Assembly (NCBI RefSeq): GCF_964355755.1
Contig: NC_092676.1
Coordinates: 27,608,871 to 27,672,870, forward strand
DNA: 64,000 nt
Origin: Antedon mediterranea
Taxonomy: Eukaryota > Animalia > Echinodermata
Direction: 5' to 3'
Within the stretch, counting starts at the first letter, position 1, and each line of letters opens with the position of its first letter. Below the pieces are notes generated by a model. It searched no databases. It saw only the letters and a program-made list of their open reading frames with translations, and was not told the origin of the DNA. Below are positions 1 to 14,200 of this stretch, in pieces. A program made the translations under genes and the position numbers.

Positions 1-394
1 TAAGGTGATTGAGTTAGACTCCATAGGTAAATTTGAGGGTATTTTGTTCTCACTAGGGATCAACTTATTTTTTGATTGCCAAATTTACTACCAGACAGCA
101 AACCTAAAATTGTATGGGAACCTTTTAATAATCTGTTGAATGATTTAGATGAAATGAATGAGGTTTTATAAAGATTGACCTATTATTAAATATTGGAATG
201 AGTTGTACATGGTTATTTAAATAATTAAATTAAATAAGTTTTCACATAATGTCTTGGTATTTATAATATTTTATAAAGAATGTATTCTGATAATTTAGTG
301 TGAACTAAAGCTAACCTACAAATTAAGCTTGCATTCACATGGCTTCTCCTTTGAGAAATGAAATAAAGCTAAATTACTGATGAGCAGAGGTTGC

Positions 395-593
395 TAACGA
401 TCGCGCTTTGTTGCTGATGCAACCCCTTGATCACTTGTGTTGAATAAATTACTGAAATTAAATGAAAAAGCGTAGATTAGGACCGGGCCCAACTAGCAGG
501 GGTTGCGGAAACTAACGATGTAGCTTTGTTGCTGATGCAGCACTTGATCGCTTGTGTCAAATAAATAAACGAAATTAAATGAAAAAGCGTAGG
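395..593. repeat. Imperfect direct duplication (about 85-bp core, two copies about 117 bp apart)
   Basis: ctaacgat..gctttgttgctgatgca..cttgatc.cttgtgt..aataaat..gaaattaaatgaaaaagcgtag occurs twice. Confidence 0.75.
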
Positions 594-2694
594 TTCAGTG
601 TGAACTAGGCTTGTTGATTTGTTGTATTGACAGTATAAACAAGTCAACTCTTACATTAAGACAGTGAAAGATTGATGGTAAATTCATTAGATTTTATTAA
701 ATCTTTCTAGCAGAGTGCTGGATAATACTTCATGCATTACTGTAGGTGATTCTTACCTTTTAGCTATTGTGTATTCTAATATGTAAGCATCATAGCCATT
801 GTTTTATAGCACAGCTAGCAATGGCATTTTGTAAATGTTAATCATTCAATCATCTTGTTAGCTGTACCACGAACTATCTTTTAAGTTTTTTAAATATCTT
901 CACTAAATTGGAAAAAGTCCTATTTTAATGTGATTTTTTTCGTTTCATATTGTTTGTGTTTTAAATGGAATTTTGTTATTCTGAAATAAATCGATCTATC
1001 AATCAATCAATATTATACACAATCAAGAAAGACTACTTATTCTTATGTTCTTATCCATAGGTTTGAGGTATTTCAGGGCACTTAGTACATGCAGTCTAAC
1101 TTTTTTTTTCTCACAGTTTGTTTGAACCCCTGTCACCCTTCAGCACACCCTAAGAAGCCCCTTGATAACATTCTTTGTCTGTAAAAGGTCATGCACTTTG
1201 ACCTCCACCCTGCTTTTCTAGACTGCTTTCCTACAGGTGTATGATATAACCCACCCCAGTATTTACAGTAGATCATGATTATTAAACCATTCATGAATGC
1301 TATCTAAATTATTAAATTATTTCTAAAACGGAATGAAGAAGGATGGAGATTATTAAAGACACCTTCCCTACAATTTGTGACGTTTTGTAAAAATAATACA
1401 TATATATTACTTTAAAAACATTAAACCATGTCATTCCTTGTCTGGCGGCTATAATTCGAATCGACTTATTTTTCACATTTTTAACCGTTTAAAGACGAAA
1501 AAAGTTATCGCAATAGGACCATATAGTATTATTTTTACATTAAATATAGTTTGTGATCTTAAATTAGATCTAAAAAACGTAGGGAAGGGGGCTTTAAGTA
1601 CTGCCACTCCCAGGGCTGCAAATTAAGGAATATTTGCGACCACATTTTTCATTATGAATCCACCTCTGATTTGATTTAATTATTTTCTTCAGAGATTCAT
1701 TGAATACACTTAATTAGTTAAGATGATTTAATGCTGGTAGTCTTCTATAGCATCTAAAATGAGCACTTCTCTTTAAACGCGGGCAGTATTGAATTTCTTA
1801 GAAAAGATGAAACAAACAAATGTCATTAATCTCGGCATGATTGTAGTACCGACACAATTTGGTTGGATGTAATTATTGTGCTAGGCGGAGTGGGTGCGAG
1901 AACTCCCACCTCACCCACTTTATTTTAACACCAATCCCAGGTATGAATGCTCCCACCCACCCTTTTTGTCATCCACCCCTCTCTAGTCTAACTACCTCCA
2001 TTAAACAAAAGCTTTCTAATTTGCAATTTCAGTAAAAGAAGAAAAAAAACATATCACATTTTCAACTACTCGTTATTTGTTATTATAATATCATTTTAAA
2101 TTATACTCGAAAACGAAAATTTTTTTCCGAAAGTTTACAACTTTTTATGGCTGTTGATCGTTTTGATTTAGCTTTATACTAATTTATTTCTATCCATTTA
2201 GATCCAGTCATGTATTTTTTTTGATAATTTGCCTTTGAATTTATAATAATCTTATAAATAATAATAAATTGATAATGATAATAATTAATATGATTATTAA
2301 TAAGCTGATATGTAATTTTACTTTTGATCAACAAGGAAGTACATTGTTATACATGGCCTCGAAATATGGAAGTTTTATCTGCTGTTATAGATCATACCAC
2401 GCGACAGGATATATAAAATTAAAGTGTATATTTATATTACAGTTATAGTAATCCATTTTTGTAGGTCATCATCTAGACTATCCTTTGTAGCTACAGTTTG
2501 TGCATCATAAACCTTAATATTTTTACGATTTCTTTTCTCAAGAAAGCACATGAATGAATGCACTTTATACATTTTTCCCCTCAGAAATAGTTATACTAGG
2601 CTGTTATTGTTAACCCTATTATGTTGCCCATACAACCATATCTGAAAAAAGGGAACATAATATTTAGCACCCCTATGAAATAATAAGCTATTCC

Positions 2695-3340
2695 TATTCA
2701 GGGGATACTCATATCTGAATACTCATATTTAGTGGGCACTCTAATTCAAGGGATACTCATATTAAAGTAGGCACTCTAATTTAAGGGATACTGCCTATTT
2801 AGTGGTCCACACTCTTACTCAAAAGATACTTTTATTAAAGTAGGCACTCTAATTCAAGGGATACTCCTATTAAGTGGTTTGCACTTTTACTCAAAGGATA
2901 CTCTATTAAGTCTCTAATTATAGGGATATTCCTATTTAGTGGGCTGCACTCTTATTCAAAGGATAACCCTATCAAGTGGGCCGCACTCTCTTATTCAAGG
3001 GATACTCATATTAAAGTAGGCACTCTAATTATAGGGATACTCCTATTTAGTGGGCTGCACTCTTACTCAAAAGATACTTTTATTAAAGTAGGCACTCTAA
3101 TTCAAGGGATACTCCTATTAAGTGGTTTGCACTTTTACTCAAAGGATACTCTATTAATGTCTCTAATTTAAGGGATACTCCTATTTAGTGGGCTGCACTC
3201 TTATTCAAGGGATAACCCTATCAAGTGGGCCGCACTCTCTTATTCAAGGGATACTCATATTAAAGTAGGCACTCTTATTCAAGGGATACTCATTAAATTA
3301 GGCACTGTAATACTATACTCCTATTTAGTGGCACTCTTTA
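2695..3340. repeat. Minisatellite of about 36-40-bp units with a higher-order duplication, related to pogo/Tigger-type MITE internal repeats
   Basis: Recurrent aagggatactcctatt(t)agtgggcactct(t/a)attc; a block of roughly 250 bp is repeated. Confidence 0.85.
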
Positions 3341-3968
3341 ATCAGATGTCTTCCATATGCCATATATTTGAAGGACTGAGCGGCAGAAGAACTGTTACAA
3401 TAAGAATTGGTACAAGTCATATTAAAATCAATGTTTCAAAATATATCTTTAAAAAAGAACAATAATACAATTTTCATGTATTATATATAATTGAATAGCT
3501 TCTTTACTTCAAACATAGAATATGTTTTAGACAAACCAAGCGTGACCTTTGCAGGTATTGATTGTGTAGTGATTATTATGCATAGACCATCCTAGCAATG
3601 ATTACATACTCTAAACCTATGTCAATATTAATGGGTCTTTATTTTGATTATTCAGAAACATTTGATTTGCTGGGTATAATAATACATATCATGTTTTAGT
3701 CGTCCGTTAATAAATATTTCTGCTCCATGGGTAAACTACAAGGCGGCATATGTGAATATTCAGCTAAGGAACATGAATTTGGGACTGACAGGTAGTTGAA
3801 ATAGTGTGCTTGATACTTGAAGGACAGAGAGGTGTAGAGTTGAGCTATGTAATGATATAATACAGCGAAATTCTGATAACACAGACCAGTATGTTGTATA
3901 CTTCATCGAAATAAGAACACTGGTCCCTCTAGTTGTTGTTTCATACAGTATTTCGTTTTCTTTTGCAG

Positions 3969-6900
3969 TGGGATCGTTACATGTTATGCAACGGCACTCC
4001 GGACCCCACCGTACCTGGGGAGATAAATGCCTACATCAACCTATGGAAAGAGGATAAAGATCGTAATCATATTGACTATGTGCTGGACGAAAGCAAATTG
4101 ACATTATTAGTAGGTATTTCAATAAAGTAATACAAAAAAGACTCATTCAATCTAAAATGAGATTGAAGTGAAACAAGGTTAGAATGGTGCAAATTTTTAA
4201 AATGCTGAGGGTGGGTGCTAACAAATTAAGTTTGAGGCAAGTATACAGTATCTGGTAACTACAAAATACTGAGGGTCAGTATGTGGAAAGGATGTAGTTT
4301 GTAAAATACCGAAAAGGGGTGGGGTGAGGGTGTCCAGCTAAAATAAGTAAGTATGAGGCAAGGATGTAATTAAAAAATACAGAGGTCAGTGATAAAAGAG
4401 TAAACACGGAGAAAGGATATATATGGTGGTAACTACACAATTCTGCAGTTCAGTTATAACAATAGTATGTGAAAAGGATATAGTTTATAAAATACAGTGA
4501 AAAACGTGTGGAGGAGGAGGGGGGAGGGCCAAAATAGTATGTATGGGGGAGGAGGGTGCCAAAATAGTATGTATGGGGGAGGAGGGGGCTAAAATAGTAT
4601 GTATGGGGGAGGAGGGGCCAAAATAGTATGTATGGGGGAGGAGGGTGCTAAAATATGTATGTGAGGTGGGGGGGGGGGGTGTTAAAAATTGACCTACAAA
4701 GCACAACCACAACTATCATGAGCCTTGACCTTAAATAATTTTAAATTCTTTTTAATATAATACCTAAATAATTATTGTGATTTGAGTCTAGTTTTCAACA
4801 AGCGATTGAGTTTAATAGCTGAACCATAGCATTGTCTGAAATGTATTCACAGATTCTATATTTATATCACAAACCCATCATTTACTTTGAATATTTCACA
4901 CCATGTATTCTGCTTTTTATATCCTTTCCGCAAGTTGGTAATTGGATTTTTAATGGCTGTCCACACAGCATTGATTAGCTGCTTGAACTTTGTACATAAT
5001 CTTCATCTATGTAATTGTGGTCAGACGGCTTAGACTAATTTAAAAATGCTGATATGTCAAGTCAGCACGTTGATGCATTCTGAATTAGACGACATTGGAT
5101 TGTTCTTTTTAGTTTGAAGTAGTAGACAATGAAAAAAGATGAAATTAATAGATAGATGATATAAATGTTTTATATTATATGAGAATAATTTGTGGTATAG
5201 ATATATGGGTTATACCCACAGCATTGTACTTTTTTTCAGTAATTTGCCTTTGGAGTTATAGGTTCATTTTTAGCAATACAGTATTGCAGAGTATTGGACA
5301 TGAACTTTGACTTTTAAACCACTGTAATTAATTTATTAATTAATTTAGTTTAGTTTACGGTTTATTTTTAACAGTAGACAGTAATAGAAAAATGTTTTAT
5401 AATTAGTGAGGAATGATGTACACATTGAAAATAGTTATAGGAAAATAAATTTGCATCGGTTTACTGATGTAAAAAGATAGGATAAGAATTTTGAATATTA
5501 AGGGAAATAATGCTAAGCAAACACTGAATAACAAAACTCATATTAGATATTCTTTGAAAATTATTATAGATTTAAAATCTTGAATTGGCCTTGCAAAACT
5601 GCTACATTAATGCCAGGTAATATAACTCCCACATGAAGTTTACTGTACATTTCCTATAAAAATCAATTTACAAAGGTAAGGCTTGCGTCGAGCCAACTAT
5701 CGCGGATAAAATAAATCATGCACGTTTCCAAAACCAAACTACAAATGTAAGGGGCACAGAAACCAGGTCAGTTGGCCTTGATCCATACCAATGTCAGCTC
5801 CACACAAGGATCGAACACATGTGTTCCCGTTTCCTGTACAGCGGTTCCGCCACAGAGCACATGGTGTTGGTCGAGAGGTGCACGTAAACTCCACTAAATT
5901 GGAACAAACTTTTAATACTTCGAGTCAAATAGCAAATGAAATCGGAAGTATATTCTGCGGTATGGAAGGGACAGGTTTTTGAACAACCTTTTACGCTGTT
6001 TGTCATTGTAAGTTTCTGGCACGCACGTTAAACCAATTGTAGAGTATCGGGCATGAACTTGACGTTCGACCAATTGTACATTAAGAACATATTGCCAGCC
6101 ATAATTTTATTACCGTACTGTGATTTCCTCGAAAAAATACTGCAGTCATAGCGTGCAAGATGTTTTAGGTTTTTTAACTAATTATTTGAATGAAAATGTT
6201 GGTGGTACTGCACTGGCCTAACTAGAAATTTGTATGCAAAATTATCGGTGGATAACGTCTCAAACGCGAATCACTTTCGTTTTCAAGGGAGCAGGGGTGT
6301 TTCCCAGTCAGAATAGTAATAAGTTGGATTTTATTAGAAGTAAGAAGAATATGATTTTATGTAATTGTGTGGTTGCTAAATTTTATACACTATACAATGG
6401 AAGAGGAAGTGTCGTGTAAATTTAAGTATAATATTCATTGTAATTTATTCCAGTATACAAAGGTAAATATTTACACAGAGGTCAGTGTAACTTATTATGC
6501 GAGCGAGCGAGCAAGTGCAATGAAATCCGACGCATTATAATACACAGTACAGCTTTTATCTTAATACCAGGCTTGTCAGTTGAATAGATTAAAACATGTT
6601 AAATTGGACGGTGTTCTCACTTTCACATGTATTGTATATTATTATACACACTATATGTATATGCTACTTTCAACTTAACCTTAGTACTGTACAAAAGTAA
6701 GTGTACATTAAGTATGCTGTATCTTCACATATGACAATATCTGTCTAGTATCATAGGTAAGTTCCGCAATACAGCATGTCATGTGTATCACATGTGGTTT
6801 CTGTATCATGGAAGGTTAGGGTCTATGATACAGGCATGAAATTTAAAAAACATGAGATGCCCTGTATTGCAAAATTTGCCCATGATTCCGAGAATTGACT

Positions 6901-9900
6901 GACCCCTGGTTTATTTAATCCTGCTGCTAAATACACTGGATTTCATGGTGTGTTTTATTTAAATTTATTTATATAATTATATTTGTTTGTTTATAGTTGA
7001 TCGAAGAAGTTGAAGAACACATTAAAAGCCTTACAGATGAGGAGCTGCTGGACCCAAATAACAAGTTCTTACAGGACACTGTGACGGACTTGGAGGCGTT
7101 AATATCGCACAAGTTGGACGAGGCCAGTTTGCAACTTTTAAAGGTACAGTCAACATCATTTTAAAATAGCACACTTTTGATAGCACTGCCATAATCACTG
7201 TAAACTACGAAACCAGTAGAGCGTAACAGATATGTACATGTTCACAAATTATAATTTGCTAATATTAATTATGGCTTCCATTAAATAAGCCACATTTTTT
7301 AATTGTGGTGATTGCACAAGCTATCACAACCAATTCCTTTTTAATGAGCATGTGTTTGGTGTACTACTGAGTTTGGTATAGTGATAATTAAATATTTCTA
7401 CTATTATAAAACTATTCAAAGAAACGCTTTTTTCACCCTCCAGAATCTTCTTGCTAGAGTGTGAAAATCTGCTCTTAAAACTCAACTGTCAGTTGACTAG
7501 GTATTAAGCGAGATTTAAGCAAACCCATTTCTGAAATAGGTGCTATTTTAAGTTAGCCTTCTTTAACAAAATTTAAAGCTAGATATTGTCCACAAACAGC
7601 ATTTACTCACTTGTCTAACTATAAACTATCGTGTATACTTGAATTGATAAGTGGTATCTTAAGAATGGTTTTAAAGTAGATTTAAGCTTTAGTAGGTAAA
7701 GATACGTGTATTTTTTTGTCCATTATTTATGAGGCAGGTTTATGATAATACCTTCTCATTGTACTGAATTGTACACAGTATGTAGACATGATTTTTCCAG
7801 TAGAGTCTTTATTTTATAATGTCTTAATTAAACTAAGTCTCATTAAGGAGTGTAGTTGAGTTATAACCCTGGGACTAGGGCAGGATTGAACCCTGGACCA
7901 GGGCAGGAATGAACCCTGGGACCAGGGCAGGATTTAACCCTGGGGCCAGGGCAGGATTGAACCCTGGACCTTAGGATTGAAAGACAAGCATGTTAACCAC
8001 CAAGCTACAACTCCACTACAGCTTTTCCTACACTGACCAACGATACACAGAGCATTTATTTATTTGCCACTGCTGTGTTGTCTCGTTCCAAAGTACATAA
8101 ATAGTTTCTTATGGTTATAAGTACTGTATTAAGTCATTTGATTTAATTAAACAAAAACATAGGTTTTGAATCTTTCATGCTTCCATGTTCTGGACATCTC
8201 CAGTGTCATTTTTGTTTCGAAAATGTTCTTCAACTTCATCTTCAAATTTGTCTTCATGCTTCTTCCATAACCAAGATGCCATTTCTTGTTGAAACTCAAG
8301 CTTTTGCTACTGTTACCATCGTTGCTGTGTGGCTTTGTCTGGTAGTACTGGCATATGGACATCGTTGTATTTGTCTCCGATGTTCATTTGCTGGCACTCT
8401 CAGACACCATGCTCTTTCATCCTCTTTGCTTTCATTTGACATCATTTGAATGAAGTAATTGCAACTATCAAGTCTTCTAAACAATGTGTTTTATCTTTTT
8501 TATAATATAAGTTGTTTTCACATTTGCTGATCCTGACAAGTCTTCTAAACAATGTGTTTTATCTTCTACTTTTTATAATTATAAGTTGTGTTCACAGTCA
8601 CCACTGTATAGTCAATCGTAGAACATTTGAAGCTGTTCTGAATCATATTTAAAAAAATTACATCCGACGCAAGTGCTCGTATAAATGCTGTCATTACCTG
8701 AACTTGTCAAATATAACTCTAGGACAACTGCAAAATGCTAATGGGTTAGAGTATTAAAGAATACTACTAACAGGTCATAATGAAACTTCTATAGTCGGTG
8801 AAAATTAAGCTAGTAGGTGGCCTAAATAAAAACTGAGAATAAGAAATTCAAAATTGCTAACACTGACCAACCTCGACCAGAAATACCAGTAATTCTAAAC
8901 CTCCATCAATTCGGAAGACTACTGTGCTAAATAAGGGTATACAGCAGTAACATGGTAAATCTGCAGTTTTTGACGTAATTTGATGGTGATTGAAAAGAGG
9001 TAGTCGGAAGAAAGAACTGCATCAACACTTGATTGTTTAAAGTCCCTGATAGTACTGGCATATGGACATCGATCTGTTATGTTTCCGGTGTTCATTTGCC
9101 CTTACTGCCGAGTACGATGCTCCTTCAACAAACCTTTATGCTAGACTGTCTCTTTTCTTTGTCTTTCCGTCCAAGACTTGTTGAGAATGCTTCCTTACTG
9201 TTTGTCTTGATGTGTGCCATACTTATCTTATAGTAGATATAGATCCAAGTTGACTTGTTTAATCTGCAGGCTTCAACATACCTTTATGTTAGACTGTCTC
9301 TTTTCTTTGTCTTTCCGTCCAAGACTTGTTGAGAATGCTTCCTTACTGTTTGTCTTGATGTGTGCCATACTTATCTTATAGTAGATATAGATCCAAGTTG
9401 ACTTGTTTAATCTGCAGGCTTCAACATACCTTTATGTTAGACTGTCTCTTTTCTTTGTCTTTCCGTCCAAGACTTGTTGAGAATGCTTCCTTACTGTTTG
9501 TCTTGATGTGTGCCATACTTATCTTATAGTAGATATAGATCCAAGTTGACTTGTTTAATCTGCAGGCTTCAACATACCTTTATGTTAGACTGTCTCTTTT
9601 CTTTGTCTTTCCGTCCAAGACTTGTTGAGAATGCTTCCTTACTGTTTGTCTTGATGTGTGCCATACTTATCTTATAGTAGATATAGATCCAAGTTGACTT
9701 GTTTAATCTGCAGGCTTCAACATACCTTTATGTTAGACTGTCTCTTTTCTTTGTCTTTCCGTCCAAGATTTGTTGAGAATGCTTCCTCACTGTTTGTCTT
9801 AAAATGTGTGCCATGCTTATCTTATAGTAGATATAGATCCAATTTGGCTTTTTCTATTAGTTGGCTTATCTTTCTAAAGTATCTGTTAATGTAAACATTA

Positions 9901-11182
9901 AGTGAAGCCTTGAATGCTACATTTTAATTAATTAATAAGTAATTAGAAAGACATTGTTCTTTACAATTTGCATGAATGGAACTTTGATTAGTATTATGTT
10001 ACAATACATAATAATATAATATTTTGTTGCAATATATACTTCCCTATTTATTCTTGTTGTCTTGTACATCGATACATGTTTTTATTATAATGTAATATTT
10101 GGCCCATAGATGTTAATTTATTAAACATCTTTGTAAAGGGAATCGTAACACAAGTGACCTTTAACATCTGTAAATGTGTGTTTGGTCTTGTCCAGTTTAC
10201 TATTCTAATCTAGGCATAAAAGTAGTGTTAAAAATCTTTCCTCTTTCGTTAAATTACTGCTCCAAGCATTTTAAAATGTTGACCCCTGAACTATTGATCT
10301 CTGAACTTATTTTGTTTACAACCTCCATTCCATAATACAAACACTTCTTTTAAGATTGTTGCAATTTATCAGGTTACATTGTTTAGACTACCATGCACTA
10401 CATATTTCTAATAAAATTATACAGAGACTCCACACATTGCTTTATTGTGAAATCCCTATATTGACTATAGAAATTAAGAATGTGGAATTGGACAACGTGA
10501 CACACATGTTGTAGAACAACTTCTTTGGGACAGTCACACCCCTATTGATAGAACACCCCTATTAAGGGGACAGTCACACCCCTATTGATAGAACACCCCT
10601 ATTAAGGGGACAGTCACACCCCTATTGATAGAACACCCCTATTAAAGGGACAGTTTCTCATAAAATTAGCCAGAGGCAACGCAATTATACTGTATGCAAT
10701 TATGGCTGACCTCTATCTAGGGGAGCCCTTATTGGCACCGAAAGGTGTCTCCTAAAGCATTCCACTGTATTACTGTACAGTACCACTTGAATATGCAAAC
10801 TACACAAAATACAGCTTAAAAGGTATGTCACAGAATTTCGACTGATAGCAAGTTTACTAAAGTGGCTATTTATGTGCGAAATGTCATTGTTAAAATAATG
10901 GTTTTAAAACTGGTAGTTTTAGTAGACAATACCAAATGAATACATCAATTGGATGTTGTACTACTACTAAACATATTAATGATATTTTAATGTCATAGTA
11001 TAGGTCAATGAACTTTAATTATTTCAGAGATTTAATTATTTTTAGAGATTTTTAAACAATGTTTCAGTTATAAAGCACCTATGTATTTTAATATGATTCC
11101 TAAAATCATTCGACAATCTGAAAATGTTATTTCCTTTAAACGTGAACTTAAACAATTTATTTCCAGTTAATATTGTTCGTAC

Positions 11183-11224
<42 letters not shown>

Positions 11225-14200
11225 TATCTGTCAACGATTTTAACTTTTATATGAATTTTATATAATCATTGTAAATTTTTAAGCCTTTAATATATTTTAT
11301 GTCATTTGAATATTTAATATTTTATGTGTTGTACTGTATGTTTGTTTTATCGAGGGCCCTGAATGATCAGTTCCATTTAGGAACTGGATAGGCTACCCTC
11401 AGTAAATATGGTAATAAATAAATAAATAAATGCTGTGCTCATTACTGTAGCAATATGCATAGCCAAATAAATTAGCATGTTAATGCAATCGGTTGCATTG
11501 AGATCTTGTAAAACTAACAATGTAGCATTTACATAAATTTATTCTCAAATTCACATAAATGTATGAGGCTAAATTAACTAACCTCTATTAAGTATTAGGA
11601 GACCCTTTAAGGACCACACAGAGTGTTCCCTTAATAGGGGATGTGTCCTAAATAAGGGTTAGCTGAGTAGTATTAAAATATTATTTCCCCTTGTTTGTTT
11701 CATAGTGTCTCCTCAACAGGGTTTCCCCACAATAGGGATGGACCCTCAACAGAGGTACTGAGATAATGATGCTTTAAAGTTTATCCGCTTTTTAAGAACA
11801 ATGTGTTTACAATTTTAATAATAAATTTATTACAATAAAAAATGGCTAGATCCTGTTCTGTCGTGAGTATGCAAAAAGGATTGTCAAATTGTATAATGAT
11901 GAATATGCTTGATACATAAGACTTGAGGGATTTGTTTGACCAGATCTGTTTGGTTGATATTCGTAATCAATACAGTCACTAATGCTGTTTGTACAGCTCG
12001 TTGGAATACTTGATGAGATTATTTATTCATTGTAAAAAATGATGATGAACTTCTATTTAGGGGACACATTATCAGGACCAGACAAGTTCTCCCTTTGAAT
12101 AAGGGTTAACCATGTTGTTAAAAAATATTTTTCCTTGTTCCTTTAATATCTTCCTTGAATAGGAGTGTCCCAAGTGAGGGGTTTTGCAGTATGTACCTAC
12201 CATTTTAAAGTACCTCTACGTGGTCTGAAAAGCAGATGTAGTGAGAGATAGAGAGGTGTAGAGGAAGGGTGTTGAAAGGTTTTGTATATTAAAGGACTAT
12301 TTTGACCTTTTGTTTTTAAATACATGAACTAACTAGCATAGGTGTTTAGCACCTGTTTGGTCTTTCCGTGCCTCCTTTTATAATTGTTTTGTCTTCTTTG
12401 TTATGTATATGGCAGATATTGAATAAATAAAAAAAAAAAAAAACAACAGACTCAGTACACATTACCATATATTTCGGTGTATAAGTCGCACCTGTGTATA
12501 AGACGCACCCCTAACTGAGAGTAAAATATCGGTATTTTTTATATCGTCGGTGTATAAGACGCACCTTATATTTCATCAAAACAATGTTTTTTTAAATTGT
12601 AATCAATATTATTGTAATAATATATTTTGTTATATCTGCAACGGCGTCCTTTATTTAGGTTTTTTCTTACCTAGGATCGGCCGCGCCCAGCCTCAACAGC
12701 CGCAACATCGAGTGCATGACCGTGTGTGTAACACGTACGTGTGGGCTAGCCTCGCTCGATCATTTCGAGAGGGCGCACGTTTTCACGGACAATCGTATTC
12801 GATTAGTATCTATGTATCCGAGAAGTGTGTACGCTAGGTCCATTCTATAATCACCTGGAGAATATACTAGTCGAATACCGTAAACCATGTGGCCGCCAAG
12901 AAGGGCTTGCGCTGGGGGTACGGCGATCGTGCGTATAACTACTGTATAAATAAATACTATTCCAATCGTACGTAAACGTTTACAAATGAAATTTTATCGC
13001 CATAATGAACAAATCTTTTCATCATATTTAGTATAACATCATGCTAAAATGCCTTGAAAACTAGGCAGAAGCAGGTTGCCGTTACGTTAGTTAGTTACTG
13101 TAGCTAGGCCTAGCCTACTCAGGCCTAGCAAACGAGGTGACGATAGCCTAGGCCTAGGCCTATGTACAATCTGTGTGGTGAGGCATTTATATTCAGTGTA
13201 TAAGACGCACCCTTAATTTAGAGGTCAAATTTGCATGTCAAAAGTGCGACTTATACACCGAAATATACGGTATATGGATTTATAGCGTTTGGGAAGTTTT
13301 TATTTAATAAATAGGAAAAAATGAAATAGAGGTTTCCAATGGTTTCTTATGTGCTTTGCTTTGTTAAAGGCCTTGAAATAATATTTCCTTTTTTTAAAAG
13401 TAAATAAATGTAATTAATCAATACAGTTAATAGATACCTGAATTCAATTAATTTAAAAATAGAAATATTGATTTTTAGTTTTGAATTCTTAATAATTTCA
13501 TATTTGTTTGTCTTCACAATTAAGATTATTCATGGATTTTAAGATTTTCCTTAATTTCTTATTTAAATAACGTAAGTGACCATATGGTAACTATTAACTA
13601 TATAGCTCATGAATATTCATTAGATTCCTAAGGCTTGTATTTCTTCATATTAAGTATAGATCTCTGTATACAGGATGTTAATTAAAGGTTGGGCCTGGCT
13701 GTGTCCTTATACACAGATTCTTGATTTCTCAGGTGACACTGCCTTTAAAATTATGTGAAGTGGGAAATTCCCATTGGACTTTTGTATGTGTTAAATATGG
13801 GACTCATTTATGTGTAACTTAACACTTTCACCGCCAGGCATTCAATAAAGGAAGTACCCTTACCGCCAGCCATTTTAGATTTTACCTGTTTTTCAAAGCT
13901 CATAGCAAAGGTGTTTGTAATCAGAAAGACATGCAATATACAGATTTTAGCCTGGACTGCACCGTCTGTCAGTGTCACGATTCTCAACCTAATTCTACAA
14001 ACTAGCCTAGGCCTAGCTAGCTAAATTATCTCCAATTATTTATTACATTTTATATACAAGATTTAGGTAAAAATATACCTACATCATCTGGGGATAATAA
14101 ATACTCATTTTCAGAGTCAGAGTCGGCAAATATTTCTGCAATTGCTTCGTCTGCAGTAAGCACATTATATTGTTTATGATGTAGGCCAGCTCGGGTCAAT

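Noticed and set aside
410-423. X-box-like GTTGCTGATGCAAC upstream of the first DNAI7 exon seen
   Set aside because: The core deviates from the RFX consensus and lies in a duplicated repeat-like segment.
5690-6130. CpG-rich segment with overlapping ORFs
   Set aside because: No recognisable protein or splice sites in the frames I read; probably a transposon interior, unsupported.
12550-12837. 95-aa ORF as a transposase
   Set aside because: No HTH or DDE features; interior of a non-autonomous element.
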